A DNA stretch of 64,000 nt from Candidatus Bathyarchaeota archaeon (lineage in GTDB: Archaea; Thermoproteota; Bathyarchaeia; Bathyarchaeales; Bathycorpusculaceae), in assembly GCA_963828195.1 (NCBI GenBank), contig CAWHDT010000005.1, forward strand, positions 890,116 to 954,115, in the 5' to 3' direction. The translations under genes and the position numbers were made by a program. The notes under the pieces were generated by a model. That model did not search any database. It was not told the DNA's origin and was given only the letters and a program-made list of their open reading frames with translations. Below are positions 18,873-28,573 of this stretch, one piece after another; positions within the stretch are counted from its first letter, which is position 1; each line of letters begins with the position of its first letter.

Positions 18873-19644
18873 GTGAAGTTAAGTTTATCCAACGGCTTAT
18901 TCAGCAAACTCAGCATAAACCAAAATTTAGCGGCGATAAAGAAGCTGGGCTTCGAAAACGTAGAGTTCAACATGAAATCTATCAAAAAGGAACATGACAC
19001 CGACGTTTATCGGGAACAAAAAGCCTTAGCCGCCTCAGGTCTGCACTGCCTGACTCTTCACAGCGCCATCATGCATGTCAAAGACCCCATAGAGGTCCAC
19101 CAAGCGGTTTACTACGGCAAAGTCTCGCTTGAATGCGCCCGCGCCCTCGGGGTTTCGCTGATGGTTGTGCACTCGGACGTTTCAAAGAAGCTGCCGCGGA
19201 ACCTTCGGGAAACCTGTTTGGAGCAGATTTTTAATGACGAAATCAAGCCTTTTGCTAAAAAGTTGGGGGTCAGGTTGGCTCTTGAGAACCTCTCTTACAC
19301 GTTCAACGGGTTTCGGCAAGAATGTTGAGCAGCTTGAAGAAGTGCTAAACGTCATAGACCCCCAGCGTGAAATGGGGATAACTTTTGATTTGTGCCATGC
19401 GCTTGAAAGCAAACAAACAGACAGCCTGCTTGACAAGTATGGGTCACAAGTCTGCAACGTTCACATGGCTAACAAATCACATGTGCCCTTCACCGAAGCA
19501 AAACCCGAACTCACAGCCTTCCTCTCTAAACTCAAAAGTTACAGCTACGGTGGTCCAATAACGTTGGAGCTATCCCACAACAGCACAATTGAAGAAATCG
19601 CAAAAAGCAAAGCCCTCTTCGAAAAGCTACTGGCACAGAATTAA
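18873..19644 (+). pseudogene. Sugar phosphate isomerase/epimerase (AP-endonuclease-2 TIM barrel), split by a +1 frameshift near 19302
   Basis: GFENVEF, MVVH, LALENL then TFDLCH, NVHM, ITLE; removing one T gives LSYTSTGFGKNVEQ. Confidence 0.75.
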
Positions 19645-19681
19645 CACTGCTGAAACAGTTTCGACTGCTTCGGCGCATCAA

Positions 19682-20239
19682 TTATTTTATCCATTTTACG
19701 ACGTTTGGTTTGTCTCTATGTCCTGCGCCTGCTTTGCCCTTTGGGTAGCCAAGGATAAGAGGCACCTGCATTTCGTAGCCGCTCGGAATTACCGCTTTTT
19801 TCAGAATTTCAGGATGTGTCTGGTACAGAATTTCAATCCAGCCCATGTAGCATCCGCCTAAACCCAATTCGTGAGCTTTCAAGAACATGTTCTGCGCGGC
19901 GAGCACGCTGTCCCTTAGGTTAATTTGGCTAAAAGTCTTGTCTGGTTCCGTGCAGATGAAAATCAACACAGGAGCATTATAACAAATAATATCTTTGTCC
20001 GTCTCGAACCGTTCGGCGAAAGCAGGCATCGCTGCCTTTACGGCTTTTTTGGTTTCTTCCGAAACAAACTTTATAGTGTCTTTATTCTCCACAACTATGA
20101 AACGCCAAGGCTGTCTGCCCATTCCAGTTGCTGCCCAAACGCCAGCTTCAAGAACTGCTTCAACAATGTCCTTTGGTACGGGTTGATCTTTGAAAGATCT
20201 GACGCTTCTTCTGCCCTTAATACAATCATCAAGCTGCAT
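19682..20239 (-). CDS. Nitroreductase family protein
   Basis: IKGRRSVRSF, QPWRFIVV, AQNMFLKAHELGLG, LGYP. Confidence 0.92.
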   Translation of the reverse strand: MQLDDCIKGRRSVRSFKDQPVPKDIVEAVLEAGVWAATGMGRQPWRFIVVENKDTIKFVSEETKKAVKAAMPAFAERFETDKDIICYNAPVLIFICTEPDKTFSQINLRDSVLAAQNMFLKAHELGLGGCYMGWIEILYQTHPEILKKAVIPSGYEMQVPLILGYPKGKAGAGHRDKPNVVKWIK

Positions 20240-20400
20240 AGAAAAAAGGAAGAAGGATGAAGTAAATAACTGTTGTGCGCTGCAGCAAAAACGCCTTTTG
20301 ACTATATAAATCCGCCATTTAGCTGGTTTAGCTTGAATCAATCAGAAACCAACTGGATTACCCAGCAAAGCGCAACATTCTGCTTTAATTGATGCCCTTC

Positions 20401-20877
20401 TTAGAATTTCAAAGTTGCCCTCAGACGCCTTGGGTTAACCAAAAGATCAAGCCCATCTAAAGAGCTCGTCACTTGAACGTCAGCCGCTATCAAAGCCTCA
20501 ACAGCACAGCCTTCCCTGCCTGACACGATAATTCCAAGCTTTGCAGCCTTAAGCATCTCGCGGTCGTTCATGCCGTTACCGAAAGCAACAACCTTCTCCG
20601 CTCCAAGCCCCTTAACGTAATCTGCTTTTTGGGCATCCATTTCTTTTTCTGCGAGAATGTGAAGCGTGCAGTTAACGTCTTTTAATTCTTCTTTGGCTTT
20701 TCCAAATTCATCAGAAGTCAAAACCACAATTTTCAAAAACTCTGCAATTTTGTTTAATTTTTGTTTAACCTCAAGCGGCAGGTTGCCATCCACGGCTAAT
20801 GTTCCGTTAAAGTCAGAAACCAAATATTCCAGTTTCAATGGACCAAAACCATGTATATCAATTTCAAGCATAAGCAT
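20401..20877 (-). CDS. HAD-family hydrolase (soluble P-type ATPase-like)
   Basis: SDFNGTLAVDG, LTSDEFG, FGNGMNDREML; third gene of the crcB operon. Confidence 0.85.
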   Translation of the reverse strand: MLMLEIDIHGFGPLKLEYLVSDFNGTLAVDGNLPLEVKQKLNKIAEFLKIVVLTSDEFGKAKEELKDVNCTLHILAEKEMDAQKADYVKGLGAEKVVAFGNGMNDREMLKAAKLGIIVSGREGCAVEALIAADVQVTSSLDGLDLLVNPRRLRATLKF

Positions 20878-20953
20878 CACTACCAAAAAAGTGTCTAGCC
20901 CACTATAAATTTGCTCACATGCGTCGTTCACGGGGCAGTTTTTGAAACGGGGT

Positions 20954-21265
20954 TTATATGACGTAGATGTCTTGGATGGTTACTAAGCCGTTGTCGCCAA
21001 CTATCCTCTTAAGCTCTGGCAGAAGCGGCTCAAGCTTTGACTGCTCATCAATAACCTCTATTATCAGCGGCATGTTAACTGTGACGCCTTCAAGCTTCAG
21101 GGTTGATTTGCCGCGTTTCCCAAACCCGTCAACGCCCGTCCAAGCAGTGGCGCCGCTGACCCCTGCATTTTTTAAAAAATCGATCACTAGATGCTCAAGT
21201 CGTTTGCCGCCAACCTGGTCATTTCTTTTGAACCTGATTATGACGCTCCACATTTTCTGCATCAT
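20954..21265 (-). CDS. DUF190 (PII-like) protein
   Basis: GVSGATAWTGVDGFG...MPLIIEVID; typical crcB partner. Confidence 0.88.
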   Translation of the reverse strand: MMQKMWSVIIRFKRNDQVGGKRLEHLVIDFLKNAGVSGATAWTGVDGFGKRGKSTLKLEGVTVNMPLIIEVIDEQSKLEPLLPELKRIVGDNGLVTIQDIYVI

Positions 21266-21657
21266 CTACTTATCCTCGCCATTAAGATGTTGCCCACCGC
21301 GATTCCGCCTAACACCGCGGTTATAGATAATCCAACGTTGGCAACTATGTTTAGCGCTACCAAGATAAGACGGTTGCTATCCATCAAGTTGGCGGTTTCA
21401 AGAGCAAACGAAGACATGGTTGTGAATGCTCCGCAAAAACCCGTAGCCACAAGCAGCGAGTAGTTTGAATCCAAGTTCAAGGAAATCGCCAAAACCGAAA
21501 ACAGCCCAAGTACAAAGCTGCCTATAACGTTTACAGCTAAAACATTGATGGGGAGTCCAACGATGGTTTTGGGCGATGCAACCATTGCGTAACGCAGAAA
21601 GGCTCCGGCTACTGCGCCAACCGCTAACAGCACGAATTCTATTATCGTCATTTTCAT
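21262..21657 (-). CDS. crcB: Fluoride channel Fluc/CrcB
   Basis: GAVAGAFLRY, NVIGSF, TGFCGAFTTMSSF. Confidence 0.95.
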   Translation of the reverse strand: MKMTIIEFVLLAVGAVAGAFLRYAMVASPKTIVGLPINVLAVNVIGSFVLGLFSVLAISLNLDSNYSLLVATGFCGAFTTMSSFALETANLMDSNRLILVALNIVANVGLSITAVLGGIAVGNILMARISR

Positions 21658-21682
21658 GTTTACCTACCTGTAGTTTGTTTAG

Positions 21683-21746
21683 GTAGGCATTATCAGCAGC
21701 CATCTTTGGTGCGGTTCTGACTCGGGGTCAAGGCTAATGCCATAGC
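21683..21746 (-). promoter_or_regulatory. Fluoride riboswitch (crcB motif), sequence variant
   Basis: Minus strand GCUA-UGGCAU-UAGC ... AACCGC ... GCUGAUA-AUGCC-UAC; loop GGCAU can pseudoknot with AUGCC; ends about 25 nt before the crcB ATG. Confidence 0.85.
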
Positions 21747-21898
21747 GCAGATTTTAGCTCCAAAAAACAAGCGTGCAGCTATTATACTTATTGGCGCCTG
21801 AACGCAGATTTCTGTGGTTAGTCAATAAACTTTGACTACACTTAGTCAAGAAAACTTTACGAGAACCCTTTTAGGAGCAAGCCGTCCCAACAATAAGT

Positions 21899-22783
21899 AT
21901 GAGCAGCAACAGCAAAAGCCTCTCGATTCTCTTCGTTCTTCTCTTAGCAGTTTCGAGCCTAATGATGGCTAAACCAGCATTTGCTCAGACACCCATGTCT
22001 ACAATTCCTTCTGTTCCAGCCTTCACTGTTACACTGACAAACGCATCCTACTATTCGCCCGCAACCTACTACACTGACCCTCAAACAGGTGCGAACATCA
22101 CTGTGCCTGGCTCTTTTTCAAACCTTGAAAATCTTACTTTTACTATTCAAAATCAACCTACCGCGACTTTTTACGTTATCCGATGGACCACACCCTATAC
22201 GGCTGGTTGGAACAACATACATAGTTACTATGATGGACGCGTGATGAATGCAACTCTTGAATCGTCTTCTGGCTCAACAACTACATGGGTTATTTCGGGT
22301 ACATACGGCTCATTCTTGCTGTATGGTGAAAATTCAAGCCAAAGCACCTCGGTGAATGGCTACTCCTTTGCCAATTCAGATGAGATTGAACTTAACTTTG
22401 AGAGTGGAGCTACAATAGAATTTCAGGTGCAAGCGATAAATGGTTCTCCTCAATATACGGACCCATATCCATACTTTGCTGAGGAACAGTACTATATTAT
22501 TGGTGGAGCAAGCGATTGGAGCAACACACAAACCATAGCCATACCTGCTTCTTCTGCCTCTGTTTCACCAAGTCCTACCCCTGCCCCGTCAACTTCAACG
22601 CAAACGCCTACTCCGACGCCAACCTTGACATCTGTTATCAGTGCCCTTAACCCATCGCTTGAATTAATAATTATTATAGCTCTTGTCGTAATCGTGTTCT
22701 TGTTGGTCACCATTATTATCCTAATGAGCAAGCGAAAACCCGTTAATTCAAGCCAGCAAACCGTTTCCAACGGAGGGACGTAA
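21899..22783 (+). CDS. Secreted/surface protein with S/T/P linker and C-terminal TM
   Basis: Signal peptide ..KPAFAQ, PSVPAFT, FQVQAI, SDWSNTQTI, TM plus basic tail. Confidence 0.8.
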   Translation: MSSNSKSLSILFVLLLAVSSLMMAKPAFAQTPMSTIPSVPAFTVTLTNASYYSPATYYTDPQTGANITVPGSFSNLENLTFTIQNQPTATFYVIRWTTPYTAGWNNIHSYYDGRVMNATLESSSGSTTTWVISGTYGSFLLYGENSSQSTSVNGYSFANSDEIELNFESGATIEFQVQAINGSPQYTDPYPYFAEEQYYIIGGASDWSNTQTIAIPASSASVSPSPTPAPSTSTQTPTPTPTLTSVISALNPSLELIIIIALVVIVFLLVTIIILMSKRKPVNSSQQTVSNGGT

Positions 22784-22787
22784 ACAT

Positions 22788-23555
22788 ATGGGCAATATTA
22801 GCAAGGGTTTTGCATTATTCTTTATTCTAATCATGGTCACTTCAAGCCTAAGTCTGATAATGGTTAAACCTGCCTTTGCTCAGACACCTACACCTCAGCT
22901 TCAACCAATACCTTCGCCTTCTGTTCCGACGTTCACCTTGCAGCTTGCTGGTCCTTCTTTTACTGTGCCTACAACTTACTCGTTAAATCAAAGTTCGGGA
23001 CAGATCGTGGCTGACAATGGCTAAACCGTTGAATACAGCTACATAGTAATAACAATTAAAAATCAACCTTTCATGCCCTATGAAGATTTATTAGGAAATT
23101 TCATTTCTCTTTATTATAATGTTCAAATCAAAAACAGTACTACAACCAGTTGGAAGGATATTTACTCACCTGGCATAAATGCGTATCCAACGCAGTCTAC
23201 AGATTCTAATTCCACCAGCACATCAATCCTTGCAATAAGTTTTGCTGGTACCCAAGTCGATATTCAATTACAAGCAATGATTGGATACATTAACAGTTCG
23301 TTCGAATATCCCACCTTTATCAACCCCGTTTATTCATTTGTTGGTCAAACAAGCAACTGGAGCCCAACGCAAACAGTAACTTTACCTGCAAACATTCCCT
23401 TAAGCCTCGCACCTGCTTCGACATCTTCAACTACAACGCTATCTCCAACGCCGACCGTTCCAGAGTTATCAGCGTTAGCAATTTTGCCCATGTTCTTTGT
23501 TGTGTTCTCAATTTTGGTTATTCTCATGGTAAGAAAGCAATCCGAAATTCCATGA
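22788..23555 (+). pseudogene. Paralogous surface protein with VPEL-CTERM sorting signal, interrupted by in-frame TAA at 23022-23024
   Basis: ORFs 22788 and 23073 are in the same frame; same KPAFAQ/PSVPTFT/QLQAMIG/SNWSPTQT motifs as the 21899 protein. Confidence 0.7.
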
Positions 23556-23588
23556 GCGAGCGCTCCTTACAAAATTAAAAATTAAAGG

Positions 23589-24203
23589 GTGAATATGCTG
23601 ATTAATCCTCCAAAGAACTACTTATTGAAAAGCAATCGAATTCTTTTTTCCATCTTAACATTGCTGCTTCTTTGTAGCTTGATTGTTTTTGCGCAACCAC
23701 CCGTTTACGGCCAATCGTCTGGCGCTTACGGCCCAGTTTCTTCCTTTAGCATTATAATGAATACCGCCCCACCTTCTGGGGTTTCTTTCGGAATTTGGAT
23801 TTTCGCTAAGGATTCACAGGGGAATGACGTTACCAACTTTACAGGCACTGTTAATTTGACAATATCTTCTGATGACGGCGGAGTAATTTCGTTGACATCA
23901 GGGAACTTTGGGAGAGGTCAATGGTGGCAACTAGTAACTCTATATTGGCCGGGTCATGTCACAGTCTTAGTTGACGATGGAAATGGGCACACAGGCTTTG
24001 GACAACTTGATGTCCAACCGCCTCTTCCAACTCCTACATCATCGCCCACGCCAACCCCAACACAACCCCCAACGCCAACAATTGCCCCGACTCCAACCGT
24101 TCCTGAGTTATCGTGGTTAGTAATTTTGCTTTTGTTTTTTTCTGTGTTCTCAATTTTGGTAATGCTTAGGTTAAGAAAGCAAGCTCAAGCATCTTCGCCT
24201 TAG
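23589..24203 (+). CDS. Surface protein with VPEL-CTERM (PEF-CTERM-like) sorting signal
   Basis: Signal peptide, Ig-like segment, PT linker, TVPELSWLVILLLFFSVFSILVMLRLRK. Confidence 0.75.
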   Translation: MNMLINPPKNYLLKSNRILFSILTLLLLCSLIVFAQPPVYGQSSGAYGPVSSFSIIMNTAPPSGVSFGIWIFAKDSQGNDVTNFTGTVNLTISSDDGGVISLTSGNFGRGQWWQLVTLYWPGHVTVLVDDGNGHTGFGQLDVQPPLPTPTSSPTPTPTQPPTPTIAPTPTVPELSWLVILLLFFSVFSILVMLRLRKQAQASSP

Positions 24204-24288
24204 CTGCTTCTGTTTTATTGTTGAAAAATGGCTGTTCCGAAACCTAAAATAAGCTGGCGACAAAATTATAGCCATTTGAGGCAGAATC

Positions 24289-25542
24289 TTGTCATCCATT
24301 ATTGAGGACCTCATTGCAAGAAAAATTTTCAATAATCGCGGAGAAGAAACAATAGAGGTTGATGTAATCACCACGGGCGGCTTCGGACGGGCATCTGCTC
24401 CCGCTGGAAAAAGCCGCGGAAAAACCGAAGTGACCTATTACCCTCAGGGCGGAGTTGAGGCTGCCGTAAAAAAAGTTGACGATTTAATCGCGCCTGAGCT
24501 TGCAGGGTTGAACAGTGATTTTCAAGAGGAAATCGACAACACACTGCACGAGTTAGACGGCACCGCAGACTTCAAAAACATCGGGGGAAACACCGCGTGC
24601 GCCATCTCGCTGGCAAACGCGGAAGCAGCAGCGAACTCTCATGGTTTACTGTTATTCCAGTTTATCGGCGGAAACGCGGCGACAACGCTGCCTTACCCAT
24701 TGGGCAACTGCATAAGCGGCGGTGAACATGCACGGGGCAAAGCGCCTGACATTCAAGAGTATTTGGCGTTGCCGCATGGAGCTGAAACGTTTCTTGAAGC
24801 CCAAACCGCCAACACCCAAATCCACCACAAAATCGGCGAGACACTAAAGAAGAGAAACAGCCAGTTTAACGGCGGAAAAAGCGACGAGGGCGCATGGATA
24901 GCCAACATAGACACTGTGGATGCTTTTGACGTTATCGCTAAAGCCTGCGAAGAAGTCGGCAACGAGATGGATTTTGAATGCGGCTTCGGCATTGATGTGG
25001 CTGCTTCCTCGTTTTGGAAGCCTAAGGAAGAAAAATACGTTTACACTAATGAAGGCAAAAAGCGTGACTCAGCTGAACAACTCGAATTCATGCTGGAGCT
25101 GATCGAGAAGTACCATCTTGCCTATGTGGAAGACCCTTTCCATGAGGAGGATTTTGAAAGCTTCGCTGCTTTAACCCGCAAAGCCAAAAACTGCTTGATC
25201 TGCGGGGATGATTTGTTCACTACGAATACTGAAAGGTTAAATAATGGAATAAAGATTAACGCTGGAAACGCCATCATAATAAAAGTCAACCAGATAGGCA
25301 CGGTGTCTGATGCAGCGCAAACGATTGAAACTGCACAGCGGTACGGCTACGACCCCGTCATGTCGCATCGTTCAGGAGACACGTGTGATTGGCACATCGC
25401 TCATTTGGCTGTCGCCTACAACTGTCCCCTAATCAAAACAGGCGTTGTTGAAGGCGCACGCATAGCCAAACTAAACGAGCTAATCAGAATCGAGCATTTC
25501 CTCGGCACAAGAGCCAAAATGGCTGATTTAAAAATACGTTAA
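24289..25542 (+). CDS. eno: Enolase
   Basis: GGEHA, DIQEY, DEG, DVAAS, EDP, GDDLF, KVNQIGT, SHRSGDT, IKTG; followed by rps2. Confidence 0.92.
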   Translation: MSSIIEDLIARKIFNNRGEETIEVDVITTGGFGRASAPAGKSRGKTEVTYYPQGGVEAAVKKVDDLIAPELAGLNSDFQEEIDNTLHELDGTADFKNIGGNTACAISLANAEAAANSHGLLLFQFIGGNAATTLPYPLGNCISGGEHARGKAPDIQEYLALPHGAETFLEAQTANTQIHHKIGETLKKRNSQFNGGKSDEGAWIANIDTVDAFDVIAKACEEVGNEMDFECGFGIDVAASSFWKPKEEKYVYTNEGKKRDSAEQLEFMLELIEKYHLAYVEDPFHEEDFESFAALTRKAKNCLICGDDLFTTNTERLNNGIKINAGNAIIIKVNQIGTVSDAAQTIETAQRYGYDPVMSHRSGDTCDWHIAHLAVAYNCPLIKTGVVEGARIAKLNELIRIEHFLGTRAKMADLKIR

Positions 25543-25556
25543 GTGAAGATGAAAAA

Positions 25557-26315
25557 ATGTCTGAAGACGAAAATAAAGCGAATGAACCAGTAGAGAACGA
25601 AGAGGAAAACCAAGAGGCACCTCTCGAAGAAGAAACTTTCCAAGAGGAACAACCCGCAGAAGCTGAAGAAGAAACCCCGAAGGAAGCCCCGCCTGCAGAG
25701 GAGCTCCTCTTACCGAGAGATACCCTGCTTTCCGCAGGCATCCACATTGGCACAAGGACGAAAACCCTTGACATGGAACCCTTCATTTACCGTGTTCGCC
25801 CGGACGGGTTATTTGTGCTTGACGTTAAAAAAACGGATGATCGAATCAGGGTCACCGCAAAATTCCTTTCACGCTACGAACACGCAAAAGTAGCCGTAGC
25901 AGCGACAAGGCTGTACGCTCAGGAACCTGTCAAAAAATTCTGTGAACTAACAGGTTCAACACCGCTTATCGGCCGCTTTATCCCGGGGCAGCTTTCTAAT
26001 CCGCAGTACCCAGGCAGAATTGACCCTGAAGTCATACTTGTTTCAGATCCAAGAGCAGACGCACAAGCCGTTAAAGAAGCCTCAAAAGTCGGCATTCCAA
26101 TCGTCGCATTATGCAGCACAGACAACGAGTTTTCAGGCGTAGACCTTGTTATCCCAACAAACAACAAGGGCAGACGAGCATTAGCCGTCATATTCTGGCT
26201 ACTTACAAGGCAAATCCTCCGCGAAAGAGGCGAATTAGCCCAAGACAAAGACCCACCAGCAACCATAGATGATTTCGAAGCTAAAGTCACAAGAGAAGAG
26301 GAGGAGGAACCCTAA
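25557..26315 (+). CDS. rps2: 30S ribosomal protein S2 with acidic N-terminal extension
   Basis: AGIHIGT, GRFIPG, DPRAD, IPTNNKGRRAL. Confidence 0.96.
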   Translation: MSEDENKANEPVENEEENQEAPLEEETFQEEQPAEAEEETPKEAPPAEELLLPRDTLLSAGIHIGTRTKTLDMEPFIYRVRPDGLFVLDVKKTDDRIRVTAKFLSRYEHAKVAVAATRLYAQEPVKKFCELTGSTPLIGRFIPGQLSNPQYPGRIDPEVILVSDPRADAQAVKEASKVGIPIVALCSTDNEFSGVDLVIPTNNKGRRALAVIFWLLTRQILRERGELAQDKDPPATIDDFEAKVTREEEEEP

Positions 26316-26319
26316 ACAG

Positions 26320-27171
26320 TTGCCGACGATTCGGCGCCCCACCGTAGCAGGTCAATTTTATGAAGGCGACGCCGAAGCGCTCAGAGCACAAATTAAAAAC
26401 TGTTTCCTCCACAAGATAGGTCCACAGAAACTTCCAGAAGTAAACTTGAATTCTAAGCCGCGAAACATCGTTGGCTTGATTTGCCCCCACGCAGGCTACA
26501 TGTATTCTGGCCCCGTGGCAGCGTCGGCTTTTTACGAGTTAGCCCTAGACGGCAAACCTGACACCGTGGTGCTTCTGGGTCCAAACCACACTGGTTACGG
26601 CGGCGCTTTAAGCTTGATGAATGAAGGCGTCTGGCGGACTCCGCTGGGCGACATAGAAATCAACACTGAAATAGCAAACCAAATAACCCAAGAAACCAGC
26701 CTCATCGACGTGGACGAACTCGCTCACCGCCGTGAACATTCTATCGAGGTCCAGTTGCCCTTTCTGCAGTTCCTCTACGGCAACGCATTCAAGATTGTAC
26801 CGATCTGTTTCTTAATGCAGGATTACGATTCCGCCGTTGAAGTAGGCATGGCGCTTGAGGAAGTTTTAGACGCCACAAACACCGTGGTTATCGCTTCTTC
26901 TGACATGACCCATTATGAACCAGCCAAAACCGCGGCGGCAAAAGACCAAGCTGCACTCAAAGCCGTCACAGACATGGATGCAAAACGCTTCTACGAAACG
27001 GTTGAAGCAAAAAACGTCACAGCCTGCGGTTACGCGCCCATAACAGCCCTAATCACATACGCAAACGGGGTCTGCGCTAAGGCGGAACTGCTGAACTACC
27101 ACAACAGCGGCGACATAACAGGCGACCACTCAAGCGTGGTAGGCTATGCGGCGGTCAGCTTCAGAAAATAA
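26320..27171 (+). CDS. MEMO1/AmmeMemoRadiSam protein B family
   Basis: RRPTVAGQFY, PHAGYMYSG, GPNHTG, EHSIEVQLPFLQ, ASSDMTHY, VVGYA; TTG start inferred. Confidence 0.92.
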   Translation: MPTIRRPTVAGQFYEGDAEALRAQIKNCFLHKIGPQKLPEVNLNSKPRNIVGLICPHAGYMYSGPVAASAFYELALDGKPDTVVLLGPNHTGYGGALSLMNEGVWRTPLGDIEINTEIANQITQETSLIDVDELAHRREHSIEVQLPFLQFLYGNAFKIVPICFLMQDYDSAVEVGMALEEVLDATNTVVIASSDMTHYEPAKTAAAKDQAALKAVTDMDAKRFYETVEAKNVTACGYAPITALITYANGVCAKAELLNYHNSGDITGDHSSVVGYAAVSFRK

Positions 27172-27209
27172 GTGCCTAAAATTTTTGGGTCAAATCGAAA
27201 CTGGATTGT

Positions 27210-27863
27210 TTATATTGAGTCCCATCGGGTGAGGGCTTCTTGCCGTTTCTTTTCGTCTTTAAGCTGCTGTATCTCCTCGAATAAGCTGATTGCACGAGTG
27301 AACTCTGCATCGTATTGTTGAATTGTAATCTGCATTTCTCTGCTCCAGCTCAGAAGATGGGGATAACAGGGAACTATTTGTTTTCCGCCTGCGGGTGTTT
27401 CGAACCAGAATTCTTTGAACGCGCCGGTGTTGCTTTTAGTTGTAATGTTAAAGCCAAATTCCTCTAGCACCGCACCCAAATGCCCCAGTATGTGTCTCAC
27501 AGCGTGGTCAAGAACTTCTGAGTACCTGTCGGCTACCTGCTTATACTTGTCAATTGGGTCATGCATCCCCGGTTTTAGGTGCCACCACAACGCTGGGTTA
27601 TCCAATTCGTCTCGAACTATTTTTTCTGTGTTTTTAACTAATTCGTTGACTTTAGTTTTCATTCTTGCTATTTTTTCTTCGCTCATTTTTAAGGTGATTT
27701 CAGGGGACTTGGTGACGTATTCTTTGGCGGTTTTCCTGTACCATTCAAACGTGAAATCAACTGTCTGTTCAGTAAATTCTTTTTTTAGTTCTTCCATGTG
27801 TGAGCGAAGAGGCGAAAGCTCTGCTTCTTTTCTCTCGATTAAAACGTTTGTTTCTTCATTCAT
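27210..27863 (-). CDS. Hypothetical helical protein
   Basis: 217-aa ORF with natural composition, inserted antisense within the superoperon. Confidence 0.65.
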   Translation of the reverse strand: MNEETNVLIERKEAELSPLRSHMEELKKEFTEQTVDFTFEWYRKTAKEYVTKSPEITLKMSEEKIARMKTKVNELVKNTEKIVRDELDNPALWWHLKPGMHDPIDKYKQVADRYSEVLDHAVRHILGHLGAVLEEFGFNITTKSNTGAFKEFWFETPAGGKQIVPCYPHLLSWSREMQITIQQYDAEFTRAISLFEEIQQLKDEKKRQEALTRWDSI

Positions 27864-28281
27864 TCCCCGGAAACCTCAAACGCCCCATTTTTCGAACACG
27901 TTGCCAGAATATTTCTATATTGCTTAGGTCATAAAAGACTTTTTAACTATCAATTCATCTTTACCGAATAACTGGCCCCACCATTACGTGGGGAGCCTGG
28001 GGGTTACAAAAGTAATCAAGCGGCAAGTCACTATATAACTAAGCGGTTGTTGCATCATGCTGTAACCACATTACCTTATATTTTCTAACCACATAACTAT
28101 GTTCAAGCGAGAAAGGTACGCGGAGATTGCCAGCAAAAGTTGGGCGATCTGGCTGCTGACACGAGACAAGGCGTCTTGCCCACCAAACTTTTATGCCTTG
28201 TCCGTGCAAGCACATGGCTTGACCGACCTAACCTCTCTTTTTGCCCCTCAACACAAGCGTCAAGCTTGCAACATCCACGAA

Positions 28282-28361
28282 GGGATGTTTTTTATTTGGA
28301 TATGCAATAGCTTCCGTTCAAGGTGCAACTATAAATGGGTAAAGGGTCAGGTTGTGGAAAA
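28282..28361 (+). pseudogene. Degenerate duplicate of the mvk promoter and first codons
   Basis: aatagct..aaggtg..aaatgggtaaagggtcagg..ggaaaa matches 28630-28711. Confidence 0.7.
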
Positions 28362-28522
28362 CCATTCGACGAACGCTCTGATAATTAAAGTTTTTTGCCT
28401 TGCTCTTTAGTAGCTCCGCTTGGCTAAGTCGGCAAGTTCTCTTTCTCTTCCAAAAGAAACTTCGGGTCGTGTTTGGTTGGTAATTCAAACAGGGTTGCTA
28501 CGTTAATCCTTCCGATATCGAT

Positions 28523-28573
28523 GTGATACTTAGTATCACGTGATACTTAGTATGATATGATACTTAGTATAAC
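28523..28573. repeat. Three tandem 17-bp palindromic repeats (GTGATACTTAGTATCAC consensus)
   Basis: 28523-28539, 28540-28556 and 28557-28573 read directly. Confidence 0.85.

Noticed and set aside
14450-19310. Programmed ribosomal frameshifting
   Set aside because: No X XXY YYZ slippery heptamers at the breakpoints, and these families are not known for recoding
23022-23024. Stop-codon recoding (Pyl/Sec)
   Set aside because: The codon is TAA, not TAG or TGA; a TAC/TAT-to-TAA mutation or base-call error is simpler
24289-25542. Inactive enolase paralog
   Set aside because: Divergent, but the catalytic and metal-binding residues (H, E, D, K, HRS) appear retained and synteny with rps2 is canonical
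27975-27984. GGCCCCACCA as a second att copy
   Set aside because: Only 10 bp, opposite orientation to the 59497 fragment, part of a local hairpin, and core genes lie between the two; chance is plausible
28099-28410. 103-aa ORF upstream of mvk
   Set aside because: Atypical composition and it runs out of frame through the duplicated mvk promoter remnant
28523-28573. CRISPR array
   Set aside because: Repeats are 17 bp, directly abutting with no spacers, and no cas genes are in the window
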